The notes under the pieces were generated by a model. It did no database searches. It was not told the DNA's origin and saw only the letters and a list, made by a program, of their open reading frames with translations. From Bacillota bacterium (GTDB lineage: Bacteria; Bacillota; Dethiobacteria; DTU022), in NCBI GenBank assembly GCA_040751775.1, contig JBFMGD010000003.1, forward strand, positions 19,201 to 83,200: a DNA stretch of 64,000 bases. Reading direction: 5' to 3'. The position numbers and the translations under genes were made by a program. Of the stretch, positions 31,998-41,059 are shown one piece after another. Within the stretch, counting starts at the first letter, position 1; the number at the start of each line of letters is the position of its first letter.

Positions 31998-32720
31998 CTA
32001 ATGGGTTATGATCATCCCGTCTTGCAGCTTTACCTGCCCGCGGCAGTGGTCCATGACTCCCTGGTCATGGGTGGCCACTACCACGGTCAGCCCTTCGCGG
32101 TGAAGGCTGTCCAAAAGCTCCATGATCTGATCCCTGGTTTGCGAATCCAGGTTGCCGGTTAACTCGTCCGCCAGGATCAGCCGCGGTTCCCGGACCAAAG
32201 CCCTGGCAATCGCGACCCGCTGCTGCTCCCCGCCGGAAAGCTGGGCGGGTTTATGGCGCGTTCTTTCGCCAAGCCCCACCCGTTCCAGCAGGATCTTCGC
32301 CCTGGCCGCGGCGGATTCCCCGGGAATGGACCGGCGTTTGCCGGTCTGCCCCCCGGCCTCGTGCAGATACGGCAAAAGCGGGACCATCACGTTTTCCAGA
32401 GCCGTAAGCTGGGGCAGCAGGCGGAAGTCCTGGAACACGAAGCCCACCGTTTTCGCGCGCAGAGCGGTCAGTTCCTGAGGCTTCGCGGCGCCGGTACAGA
32501 TGCCGTTGAGATAGACTTCCCCTTCCGTAGACAATTCCATCGCGCCGATGATCCGCAGCAGCGTAGACTTGCCGGAGCCGGAATGGCCAACCACGGCCAA
32601 GTAATCCCCGGCCTTGATTGCCACGGATATGTTTTGCACGGCGCGGACTTCGCTATAGCCCATATGATAAATCTTGGTCGCGTTTATTAATGTAACGATA
32701 CTGACATTATCTTCAGTCAT
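31998..32720 (-). CDS. LolD/MacB-type ABC ATPase, no permease partner visible
   Basis: [43 protein letters not shown]. Confidence 0.9.
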   Translation of the reverse strand: MTEDNVSIVTLINATKIYHMGYSEVRAVQNISVAIKAGDYLAVVGHSGSGKSTLLRIIGAMELSTEGEVYLNGICTGAAKPQELTALRAKTVGFVFQDFRLLPQLTALENVMVPLLPYLHEAGGQTGKRRSIPGESAAARAKILLERVGLGERTRHKPAQLSGGEQQRVAIARALVREPRLILADELTGNLDSQTRDQIMELLDSLHREGLTVVVATHDQGVMDHCRGQVKLQDGMIITH

Positions 32721-33765
32721 TACTTTGTCCCTCCTTAGTCACTTCCCGCAACACGCGGTCAAGGAAGCAGATATCTTGGCCCAAGATTTCGGGGATGATC
32801 CGGTCCAGGGTATCTTTATGGGTATTGCTGTAGGGCGAAAACCGCCAGTAGGTTGCCGTCGGCGCTCCGGTTTCCAGCAGGCGCAAACCTAAGTCTGTGG
32901 GAGATGCCGGCAATACCCCGATTTTTAGGTCCTTATCCACTGTTTCCGCTGCGGTCATCCAGTGATCCGGTGTGACCATTATTTCTGCCCGGCCTTCGGA
33001 ACTTAGCCGTTTATAGATGTAAGGGTAATCAAGGTCCCATAAATGGCTCCTGTGCTGGGGCGGCGGGTCGATGAACTTGATATAATCTTCCGGCGCCAGG
33101 TCCGGGGCGTCCGGAGGCAAATCCCGGGGCCTGCCGAAAAGGGTGTCGCGCCTGAAACCAAAGACAGCCGGTTGATCGGTCCCCAACCGGCACAGAGCCA
33201 GGGCGGCGCCGGGCAGGGTTTGTTCGTCCAGGTAGTGAGCCAGCCCTCCGGTGTATTGAGCGTCACCGCCCGCGGTCCACATGATCCTTACAGGGACAGG
33301 CAGCGGATTATCGTTCAGAAGCCGGGCGAGCACGGCGGCCCCGGCCGCGCCGCTCGCGTTGTCCGACACGCCCGGACCGATACTGCCGTGGTTCGTGATC
33401 ATCCAGACCGGTTCGCCTTCGGCCGCTGTACCGGGGTTATCCACTCAAATATTTTCCGAAGTGTACCCCGGAATTATTTCAAGAACCTTCAAGATTAATA
33501 TGGCAGGTTTTTCCGCGTTTACCGTACCCGGATTGACACCCACTATCGCCAAGGGAGTCGCTTCAAGCTGAAAAATCCACTGCCCTTCTTCAACCAGTTC
33601 CATGACAGGCTTGCCCTGGACAGTCAATCAGTGGAAAAATACCTGTCCGTCTTTAACGCCTGTGGGGACCGGCTGGAATACTGCCGCGCCGTCTTCTTCC
33701 AGGGCTTGATAGGCTATGCCGCGCGTGGTATAGTACCCGGTCGCCGGGGCGATATAATGCAGGCC
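32713..33765 (-). pseudogene. Decayed M28-peptidase-like gene with two in-frame TGA codons
   Basis: One frame runs 33765 to 32713, broken by TGA at 33630-33628 and 33447-33445; SENI*VD...TNHGSIGPGVSDNASG resembles the M28 N-x-x-...-AHxD...GAxDNASG block; several Zn ligands absent; no start codon found. Confidence 0.6.
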
Positions 33766-33829
33766 TTAGCTTGGTGGAATAGTAAACAGATGGGTTGCGG
33801 AGACATAGAAGGGTAATCTTCATCCGTCC

Positions 33830-33845
33830 TGGTACGGCAATTGCA
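33830..33845 (+). promoter_or_regulatory. Sigma-54 (-24/-12) promoter for the Leu/Val dehydrogenase and oxidoreductase operon
   Basis: TGGTACG-GCAA-TTGCA versus TGGCACG-N4-TTGCW; about 50 bp upstream of the start. Confidence 0.85.
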
Positions 33846-33897
33846 AACTAATGAATACAAAATAAAGAAAAGTTAAACAACGGGAGGGTTGCATGGT

Positions 33898-34959
33898 ATG
33901 GCCGGTTACTTCGGCAGAATGGAGTCCCTGGGTTTTGAAGAGCTGATCATGGTGCACGACTCCCCGACAGGGCTGAAAGCGGTCATCGCCATTCACAGCA
34001 CCTTGCGCGGTCCGGCTTTGGGCGGCACCCGGATGTGGGCCTATCCATCCGAAGAGGCGGCGGTGGAAGATGTGCTCCGCCTGGCCCGCGGGATGACCTT
34101 CAAAGCCGCGGCGGCGGAGCTTTCCCTGGGAGGCGGCAAGGCGGTAATCATGGGCGATCCCGGGCGGGATAAGAGCAAGGCGCTGTTTCAAGCATACGGC
34201 CGTTTCGTGGATAGGCTGCAGGGCCGTTTTCTAACCGCCGAGGATATGGGCACCTGCGAGCAGGACCTGGACTGGGTCCGCGCGGAGACCGCGCATGTGA
34301 TCGGGGGCAGCGCCTGCGGCAGCCCGTCTCCGTATACGGCGTACGGGGTCTGGCGCGGCATGAAAGCCGCGGCCGCGGCTGCTTTCGGCAGTGCATCCCT
34401 TTCCGGGCTGGTTGTGGCGGTCCAGGGCCTGGGCGGCGTAGGTAGTTGTCTGTGCCGCTACCTGGCCGAAGAGGGGGCGGCGCTGATCGTCACGGATTTG
34501 GACGCGGCCAGGGCTGCCGCGGCGGCGAAGCAATGGGGCGCCCGGGTTGTGAAAGCGGCGGATATTTATGCGCAAAAGTGTGATATCTTTGCGCCGTGCG
34601 GCGTCGGCGCGATCATTAATGCCGAAACCATCCCGCTGCTACAGTGCCGGATCGTCGCCGGCGCGGCAAACAATGTCCTGCTGGAAGAAGCCGACGGAGT
34701 TGCCTTGCACCACCGCGGTATATTGTATGCTCCTGATTACATCATCAACGCCGGTGGCTTGATCTTTGTAGATGCATGCCGCAGGGGCGCCGCCGATTCC
34801 GATCAAGTTTACCGGGATACGGGCCGGATTGAGGGGAGGCTGGCCCGGTTGTTCCACCGGGCCGCCGGACAGGGTTTAACCCCGGAAGCTGCGGCCGCTC
34901 TGCTGGTGGAAGAAAATATGCGCAAGCAAGCAAACAGCGAACCGGAAATAGCGCCGTAG
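33898..34959 (+). CDS. Glu/Leu/Phe/Val dehydrogenase, leucine/valine dehydrogenase-like
   Basis: IHSTLRGPALGGTR, LGGGKAVI, TAEDMG, VQGLGGVG, GAANN, YAPDYIINAGG. Confidence 0.9.
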   Translation: MAGYFGRMESLGFEELIMVHDSPTGLKAVIAIHSTLRGPALGGTRMWAYPSEEAAVEDVLRLARGMTFKAAAAELSLGGGKAVIMGDPGRDKSKALFQAYGRFVDRLQGRFLTAEDMGTCEQDLDWVRAETAHVIGGSACGSPSPYTAYGVWRGMKAAAAAAFGSASLSGLVVAVQGLGGVGSCLCRYLAEEGAALIVTDLDAARAAAAAKQWGARVVKAADIYAQKCDIFAPCGVGAIINAETIPLLQCRIVAGAANNVLLEEADGVALHHRGILYAPDYIINAGGLIFVDACRRGAADSDQVYRDTGRIEGRLARLFHRAAGQGLTPEAAAALLVEENMRKQANSEPEIAP

Positions 34960-35020
34960 AGAAGAATGAACCTGGCTGCATGCAAAATTCTGCAAATTGC
35001 AGTTGAAGGGAGGCGGCAAA

Positions 35021-35605
35021 ATGGAAGGGTTAACCGAATTTCGATTACACGGCCGGGGCGGCCAGGGCATTGTGATGGCGGCGGCCATATTCGCGGAAGC
35101 CGTTTTTAATGAGGGCCTTTACGCCCGCGCCTTTTCCCTTTTCGGAGCGGAGCGCCGCGGCGCCCCGGTAACCGCCTTTATCCGGGTCAGCGAGGCCCGG
35201 TTGATGCCGCGCTGCCGGGTCTACCGGCCGGATTACGTCGCGGTTCTTGACTCGAGCATGAACAGCACCGCCGTTCTGGCGGGGCTTGATCAAAAGAGCA
35301 GGCTGCTGATCAATGCCGACCGGGATGAAAAAGCCGCGCGTTTTGGGGAAGGGACGGCAAATGAGCGTTACCCGGCATATCTAGTGGACGCAACCGGCCT
35401 CGCCATGCAGTATCATCTCACGATCGGCAGTTTTCCGATGGTGAACACGGTCATGGTGGGGGCGCTGGCGCGGATTAGCAATTTGGCCACCCTGGAGAGT
35501 GTCTGCGCGGTGGTTGAAAAACGGATCTCCACCCGCCTGGAAGACAATCTCAAAGCGGCCGCGGTGGGCTTTAATCAGGTCAGGGAGGTGATCGCCGTTG
35601 CTTAA
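35021..35605 (+). CDS. 2-oxoacid oxidoreductase gamma subunit
   Basis: FRLHGRGGQG, FGAERRGAPV, NTVMVGAL. Confidence 0.92.
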   Translation: MEGLTEFRLHGRGGQGIVMAAAIFAEAVFNEGLYARAFSLFGAERRGAPVTAFIRVSEARLMPRCRVYRPDYVAVLDSSMNSTAVLAGLDQKSRLLINADRDEKAARFGEGTANERYPAYLVDATGLAMQYHLTIGSFPMVNTVMVGALARISNLATLESVCAVVEKRISTRLEDNLKAAAVGFNQVREVIAVA

Positions 35606-37151
35606 CCGGGCGGATCGGCCAAAAGCGCTTTACTCGTGCGGCGATAGGCCGTCCCTGGACAACAAGACCGGCGATTGGCGCCAGATTACGCCAACCGAAG
35701 CGGGCCGGCCCTCGCCGTGCCGGCAGGCCTGCCTTTTGGATGGCGAAATACCCGCGTGGCTGGAGGCGGTCAAGGGGGAGCGCTGGGAGGAAGCGTGGCG
35801 GATCATGCGCCGCTCCAACCCCTTTCCGGCGATCACCGGCCGCGTCTGTTTTCACCCTTGTACCATGGAGTGCAACCGCCGCTTGATGGATCAGGCGATC
35901 GATATCCCGGCAATGGAACGGGCCATCGGTATGTGGCGCCTGGAGCGTTACCGTCCTCCCGCCGCGCCGCGCGTTTTACGGGGCCGGGTGGCTGTGATCG
36001 GTTCAGGGCCGGCGGGCTTAAGCTGCGCTTACTATCTGAATGAGGCCGGTTACCGCGTGACAATCTTTGAAAAGGCCCCGGTGGCGGGCGGGATGCTGGC
36101 CCTGGGCATTCCCTCTTACCGGCTGCCCCGGGAGCTGTTGGCCGAAGAGTTAAAGGTATTAACCGCGGACGGCGTGCAATTCAGGCTGGACAGCGCCTTG
36201 GGCCGCGACTTTAACCTTGAACAACTGTACGGCGAGTTCGATCAGCTTTTCCTCGCTACCGGCGCCTGGCGCTCCCGTGCACTGAACATACCGGGAGCGG
36301 ACCGGCCGGGAACTTGGAGCGCCTTGGATTATCTAACCCGGATTCACCTCGGCGAAACCGTGCCCCTGGCGGAACCGGTGGTGGTGATCGGCGGCGGCAA
36401 CGCCGCGGTGGATGCGGCGCGCACGGCCCTGAGAGAAAACGGGATGCGGCGCGTCAGCATTCTCTACCGCCGGAGCAGGGCAGAGATGCCTGCCGATCCA
36501 GCTGAAGTGGAAGCGGCGGCGGCTGAAGGGGTGGAGTTAATCTTTAACGTCATCCCCCGGGAGATAAAAGGCGGCGAACCGCTGCTGAAAGTGCTGCTCG
36601 ACCGCACCGTTTCCGGAGACGGCGGTGTGAAAATATTGCCTGACGACCCTGTTTCCATGGCTGCCGGCAGCCTGATCTACGCCCTGGGACAGGAGCCGGA
36701 CCTTTCTTTCCTTGACCGGCTGTCCCAGCCGCGATTTTTCTACGCCGGCGGTGACCTGATCACCGGTCCGGCTACCGTTCCCGAAGCGATCAAAGCGGGC
36801 CGCATCGCCGCCCAGGCCATCGCCGGCCGGCTTGCCGGGCGGCCGGAAACGGCGGCGCCGCCGGCCCAGGGCGCGCCGGTGACCTTTGACCAATTAAACC
36901 TATGGGCTGTAACCGCGCCCCAACCGGTGGAGCGCCAGGCTGATCCGGCGGAGGAAGCGGGGCGCTGCCTGGGGTGCGGCACCTGTAACTCGTGCGGGAT
37001 CTGCTACCTGTTTTGCCCCGACGTGGCGGTGCAGCGCGAACAGGGCCGCTATTCAATCAATCTGGACTACTGTAAGGGTTGCGGCATCTGCGCCCGGGAA
37101 TGCCCGGCGCGGGTGCTGACCCTGGAAGGAGGCGCGGGCTATGCCAGTTGA
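35598..37151 (+). CDS. GltD/NfnB-like FAD/NAD(P)H oxidoreductase fused to a PorD-type 2x[4Fe-4S] delta domain
   Basis: NPFPAITGRVCFHPC, VIGSGPAGL, VIGGGNAA...YRRSRAEMPA, C-terminal CNSCGICYLFCPD...YCKGCGICARECP. Confidence 0.85.
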   Translation: MLNRADRPKALYSCGDRPSLDNKTGDWRQITPTEAGRPSPCRQACLLDGEIPAWLEAVKGERWEEAWRIMRRSNPFPAITGRVCFHPCTMECNRRLMDQAIDIPAMERAIGMWRLERYRPPAAPRVLRGRVAVIGSGPAGLSCAYYLNEAGYRVTIFEKAPVAGGMLALGIPSYRLPRELLAEELKVLTADGVQFRLDSALGRDFNLEQLYGEFDQLFLATGAWRSRALNIPGADRPGTWSALDYLTRIHLGETVPLAEPVVVIGGGNAAVDAARTALRENGMRRVSILYRRSRAEMPADPAEVEAAAAEGVELIFNVIPREIKGGEPLLKVLLDRTVSGDGGVKILPDDPVSMAAGSLIYALGQEPDLSFLDRLSQPRFFYAGGDLITGPATVPEAIKAGRIAAQAIAGRLAGRPETAAPPAQGAPVTFDQLNLWAVTAPQPVERQADPAEEAGRCLGCGTCNSCGICYLFCPDVAVQREQGRYSINLDYCKGCGICARECPARVLTLEGGAGYAS

Positions 37152-38283
37152 GATGATTACCGGGAACCAGGCCGCCGCTCTGGCCGCACAGCGAGCCGGG
37201 GTGGACCTGGTGGCCGCTTACCCGATCACTCCCCAGACCGCCATCGTGGAATATCTGGCCGAGTTTTGGGCCCGGGGTGAGCTGGGCGGGGAATTTGTGA
37301 GCGTGGAATCGGAATATGCCGCTCTGGCCTGCAGCAGCGGCGCCGCGGCGCTGGGCGCCCGTACTTTTTCCGCCACCTCATCACACGGCCTGGCATATAT
37401 GCATGAAATGCTGCACTGGTGCGCCGGGGCGCGTTACCCGATGGTCCTGGTTAATGTGAACCGGGCCCTGGGCGCGCCGTGGTGCCTGGAGCCTGACCAG
37501 GGAGACAGCCTCAGCCAACGTGACACCGGTTGGCTGCAGCTGTATTGCGCAAATGCCCAGGAAATATTTGATACCATCTTGCAGGCATTCGCCCTCGCTG
37601 AAACGATCATGATCCCTTGCATGGTTGTTTTCGACGGTTTCTATCTTTCCCACACCTATGAAGCGGTGGAAGTGCCGGACCAGGAAACGGTGCGCCGCTT
37701 TCTGCAGCCCCCTTCTTTTGATCCGCCGCTGGTCCCCGGCCGGCATGCCAACCTGCATGCTTTGACCACGGGAGAGGTGCAAACCGGGCTGATCCGCGAA
37801 CGCCACCGGGTGATGCAGGGGGCTGCAGCTGTTTTGGCCGAGATCGACACCCGCTTTCAAGCAGTCTTCCAGAGGGGTTACGGCGCTTTGGCCGCGGAGA
37901 TACCGGCCGGCGCGAAAACAGTGGTTTTGGCGGCGGGCAGCTGCGCTGAAACTGTGAGGTGGCATCTGCCTCACCTGGCCGGAACAGGGCTGATCAACCT
38001 GAGAATGTTCAGGCCGTTTCCGGGTGATATCCTCTGCCGTATGCTGGAAGAAAAAGCGGTGGAGCGAGTGGTGGTCGTCGATCGCAACTGTTCGCCCGGC
38101 GTGGGAGGTATTCTGGCCCAGGAGCTGAAAGCAGCCCTTTACCGGATGGCGCAGCCTCCGGTTGTGCATGACCTGCTATTGGCCGGCGGTATCGATTTCA
38201 CACCGCGGATGCTGACTGAGGCCCTGGCGGAAAAAAGAGCCAGTGCAAGATCTGCCGAGATCTGGGGGGTGGAACTGTCATGA
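37141..38283 (+). CDS. 2-oxoacid oxidoreductase alpha subunit
   Basis: TGNQAAA, AAYPITPQT, VESE, TFSATSSHGL, RMFRPFP. Confidence 0.93.
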   Translation: MPVEMITGNQAAALAAQRAGVDLVAAYPITPQTAIVEYLAEFWARGELGGEFVSVESEYAALACSSGAAALGARTFSATSSHGLAYMHEMLHWCAGARYPMVLVNVNRALGAPWCLEPDQGDSLSQRDTGWLQLYCANAQEIFDTILQAFALAETIMIPCMVVFDGFYLSHTYEAVEVPDQETVRRFLQPPSFDPPLVPGRHANLHALTTGEVQTGLIRERHRVMQGAAAVLAEIDTRFQAVFQRGYGALAAEIPAGAKTVVLAAGSCAETVRWHLPHLAGTGLINLRMFRPFPGDILCRMLEEKAVERVVVVDRNCSPGVGGILAQELKAALYRMAQPPVVHDLLLAGGIDFTPRMLTEALAEKRASARSAEIWGVELS

Positions 38284-39167
38284 TCGGGGAGAACAAGGGC
38301 CAGGTAACCGAAATGCTTTACCCGGGACATTTTGCCTGCCCCGGATGCGGCGCCGCCCTGACGGTGCGCTATTTGACCCGTGCCCTCGGTGAGGATCTGG
38401 TAGTGGTGATTACCGCCTCTTGTTGGAGCATTATCGCCGGGGTGCCGCCGCTAACCGCATTGAAATGCCCGATCCTGCACTGCCCGTTTCCGAGCGCCGG
38501 CGCGGTGGGCGGCGGGGTCAGGCGCGGCCTGGACGTCAAGGGAGCGCACGGTACCACCGTTGTAGTTCTGGCCGGCGACGGCGGGACATTTGATATCGGC
38601 TTGCAGGCTCTCTCCGGAGCCGCCCAACGCAATGAAAATTTCATTTTCGTTTGTTACGACAATGAGGCTTATATGAATACCGGGATGCAGACCAGTTCAG
38701 CCACGCCGTACGGCGCCCGGACCAACACAGCTCCCTACCCCCTGTTTAAAGAAGGGCGTAAAAAAGATATTATCCAGATCATGTCGGCTCACGGTATACC
38801 CTACGCCGCCACGGCCACGGTCGCCTTTCCCGACGACCTCGAGCAAAAATTCCGGAAGGCCAAGGAAATAGAGGGCTTTCGATTCATCCATGTCCTCTCA
38901 CCATGCCCGCCGGGTTGGGGCGTTGAATCGGCGGAAACGATTCAGATTTCCCGGTTGGCGGTGGAAACATGCTTTTTTCCGCTTTATGAAATTATCGACG
39001 GCGGTTCCATGCAGTTGACCTACCGCCCCCCTGTCCAGAAAAAGCTGGAGCAGTACCTGTCGGCGCAGCGGCGCTACAGCGGTTTGCATGAACAGCAGCT
39101 CGAGAAGCTGCAGCAGGATGTTGACCGGCATTGGGAGAAGCTGCTCCGGTTGTCCGGTCGATCCTGA
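38280..39167 (+). CDS. 2-oxoacid oxidoreductase beta (TPP-binding) subunit
   Basis: GHFACPGCG, GDGGTFDIG...YDNEAYMNTG, LSPCPPGW. Confidence 0.93.
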   Translation: MIGENKGQVTEMLYPGHFACPGCGAALTVRYLTRALGEDLVVVITASCWSIIAGVPPLTALKCPILHCPFPSAGAVGGGVRRGLDVKGAHGTTVVVLAGDGGTFDIGLQALSGAAQRNENFIFVCYDNEAYMNTGMQTSSATPYGARTNTAPYPLFKEGRKKDIIQIMSAHGIPYAATATVAFPDDLEQKFRKAKEIEGFRFIHVLSPCPPGWGVESAETIQISRLAVETCFFPLYEIIDGGSMQLTYRPPVQKKLEQYLSAQRRYSGLHEQQLEKLQQDVDRHWEKLLRLSGRS

Positions 39168-39184
39168 GTCACACAGCCCCTCCT

Positions 39185-39219
39185 AGTCCGGTGCCGGAAG
39201 TTCGGGACCGGACTTTTTT
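39185..39219 (+). terminator. Intrinsic terminator after the oxidoreductase operon
   Basis: AGTCCGGT...ACCGGACT stem followed by a T-run. Confidence 0.75.
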
Positions 39220-39239
39220 AAAATGACCCTGTCTTTCGT

Positions 39240-39959
39240 TCAATCAAAAATTTCTTCGAGTTTAATATGCAGTCCGTCAAAAAGCATGGACCGCAAAAGA
39301 TCATCCTTTACGAAAAGCCTCATAGCCGCAACGTCTTTATCTTTGAACATGTATACTATTACTTCCCTGCTGAAGTAGTTTACGATCCAGTATTCCTGAA
39401 TTCCGGTCTGCATATAGAGGTCGAGTTTTTTGACAAGGTCCATCCGGGACGAAGTTTCGGAGAGCACTTCAATGACAAGTGAAGGAATACCCGTATACCT
39501 GTCTTTTGCATTTTTATTTTCCGGATCACATATGACCAGAATATCCGGCTGCACCACATTCATGCCGTTCTCACCCTTCTTTAAAATGACATCAAAGGGT
39601 GATAGGTAGGGCATACACTGCTTCCCTTTGAACCAGGCGGAGACAATGACAAATAAGTTCCCGATGATCCGCTGGTGAGTTATCTTTGGGGAAGCAAGCA
39701 AAAATACTTCACCGTCGATATACTCGTACCTTTCCTCTGTTTTTTCATACATCTCCATAAATTCTTCATAACTAATTTTTTTACCGTGATACCCGTATGA
39801 AGCGGACTGTTCCCACACCTTGCCGGCATCGTGCCAACTGTCAAGCTTCGTTAGCCTCGCTACCGGCGTCCCGTTTTTCGTGACAATGATATCTTCCCGG
39901 TCAAGCAATTTAAGGTATTTCCCAAAATTATTCTTCATATCGGTCGCTTTAATGATCAT
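39240..39959 (-). CDS. Phd/YefM-domain plus Uma2 (DUF820) PD-(D/E)XK nuclease fusion
   Basis: N-terminal IKATDMKNNFGKYL...IIVTKNGTPVARL; C-terminal YEYIDGEV...HQ, VQPDILVI, LVIEVLS, KKLDLY...IQEYWIV; AT-richer than flanks. Confidence 0.85.
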   Translation of the reverse strand: MIIKATDMKNNFGKYLKLLDREDIIVTKNGTPVARLTKLDSWHDAGKVWEQSASYGYHGKKISYEEFMEMYEKTEERYEYIDGEVFLLASPKITHQRIIGNLFVIVSAWFKGKQCMPYLSPFDVILKKGENGMNVVQPDILVICDPENKNAKDRYTGIPSLVIEVLSETSSRMDLVKKLDLYMQTGIQEYWIVNYFSREVIVYMFKDKDVAAMRLFVKDDLLRSMLFDGLHIKLEEIFD

Positions 39960-39978
39960 TTAACCACTTCCTTGGCTG

Positions 39979-40024
39979 ATATTTTAGCTAAAATATTATA
40001 TCATGCGGGATTTTTCAGAGTCAA
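39979..40024 (-). promoter_or_regulatory. Promoter and 18-bp palindromic operator of the Phd-Uma2 gene
   Basis: Minus strand TTGACT, 18 bp, TATAAT with TG extension; perfect palindrome ATATTTTAGCTAAAATAT at 39979-39996 overlapping -10/+1. Confidence 0.75.
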
Positions 40025-40179
40025 TGCTCTGCGGATCGCTGCCGGGACCAGTTCTGCGCGGCGAGGGCTTGCAAAAATTAGAATAATAATAAATTTTATA
40101 ATTTCATAAGCAGGATTTTTAGGCTGAAGGAAGAAAATTCTTAAGCAGAGCGATCAATAGATGAAGGAGGTGAACGGCT

Positions 40180-41022
40180 GTGCGCGAACTGAAAGCGGAA
40201 ACGATATCGGAGGTTGTGGCGGCGATGTGCCAGGAAGCCAATATTTACCTGGGTGAAGACGTTGTGCAGGCTTTAAAGAACTCCTTGCAGATCGAAGAAT
40301 CCCCTACCGGCAAAGAGGTGCTGCAGCAGCTCATCGAAAACGTGGCCATTGCCCGTAACGAGCAGATCCCCGCCTGCCAGGATACCGGTTTTGCCGTTTT
40401 TTTCGTGGAATGGGGCCAGGAGGTCCACCTGACCGGAGCAACCCTGGAGGATGCCGTCAACGAGGGGGTGCGCCGGGGCTACCGGGACGGCTTTTTGCGT
40501 AAATCGATCGTTAAAGATCCATTGAACCGGGTTAATACCGGGGACAATACCCCGGCTGTAATCCATTTGACCATGGTGCCGGGCGATCAGGTTAAGATTG
40601 CGTTCGCCCCGAAGGGCGGCGGCAGTGAAAACATGAGCACCGTGAAGATGCTCAATCCTTCAGACGGCGAGCAGGGCCTGGTCAATTGCGTGGTCAACCA
40701 CGTCCGGGATGCCGGACCCAATCCCTGCCCGCCGATCGTGGTCGGAGTGGGCTTCGGCGGCACCTTTGAAAAAGTGGCGCTCTTGGCGAAAAAAGCCCTC
40801 TTCAGGCCGGTGGGTGAACCGAACGGCGACCCGTTTTACGCCGCGCTGGAACAAAAAATCCTGGAGCGCGTCAATAAACTCGGAATCGGCCCCCAGGGTT
40901 TCGGCGGTCGCGTCACCGCTCTGGCGGTGCACATAGAGGTGCATCCCTGCCATATTGCCAGTATGCCGGCGGCGGTAAACATCAACTGCCATGCCGCGCG
41001 CCACGTTGAGCGGGTGATCTAA
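40180..41022 (+). CDS. Class I fumarate hydratase, alpha subunit
   Basis: PACQDTG, LRKSIV, NTGDNTP, PKGGGSEN, PCPP, HIASMP. Confidence 0.92.
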   Translation: MRELKAETISEVVAAMCQEANIYLGEDVVQALKNSLQIEESPTGKEVLQQLIENVAIARNEQIPACQDTGFAVFFVEWGQEVHLTGATLEDAVNEGVRRGYRDGFLRKSIVKDPLNRVNTGDNTPAVIHLTMVPGDQVKIAFAPKGGGSENMSTVKMLNPSDGEQGLVNCVVNHVRDAGPNPCPPIVVGVGFGGTFEKVALLAKKALFRPVGEPNGDPFYAALEQKILERVNKLGIGPQGFGGRVTALAVHIEVHPCHIASMPAAVNINCHAARHVERVI

Positions 41023-41059
41023 TGAGACAAGCAGCGGTATACGAAAGGAGGAACAGCCA

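Noticed and set aside
33445-33630. Genome-wide TGA reassignment (code 4 or 25)
   Set aside because: TGA terminates intact genes in this window at the expected lengths (purS, purQ, purF, purD, meaB)
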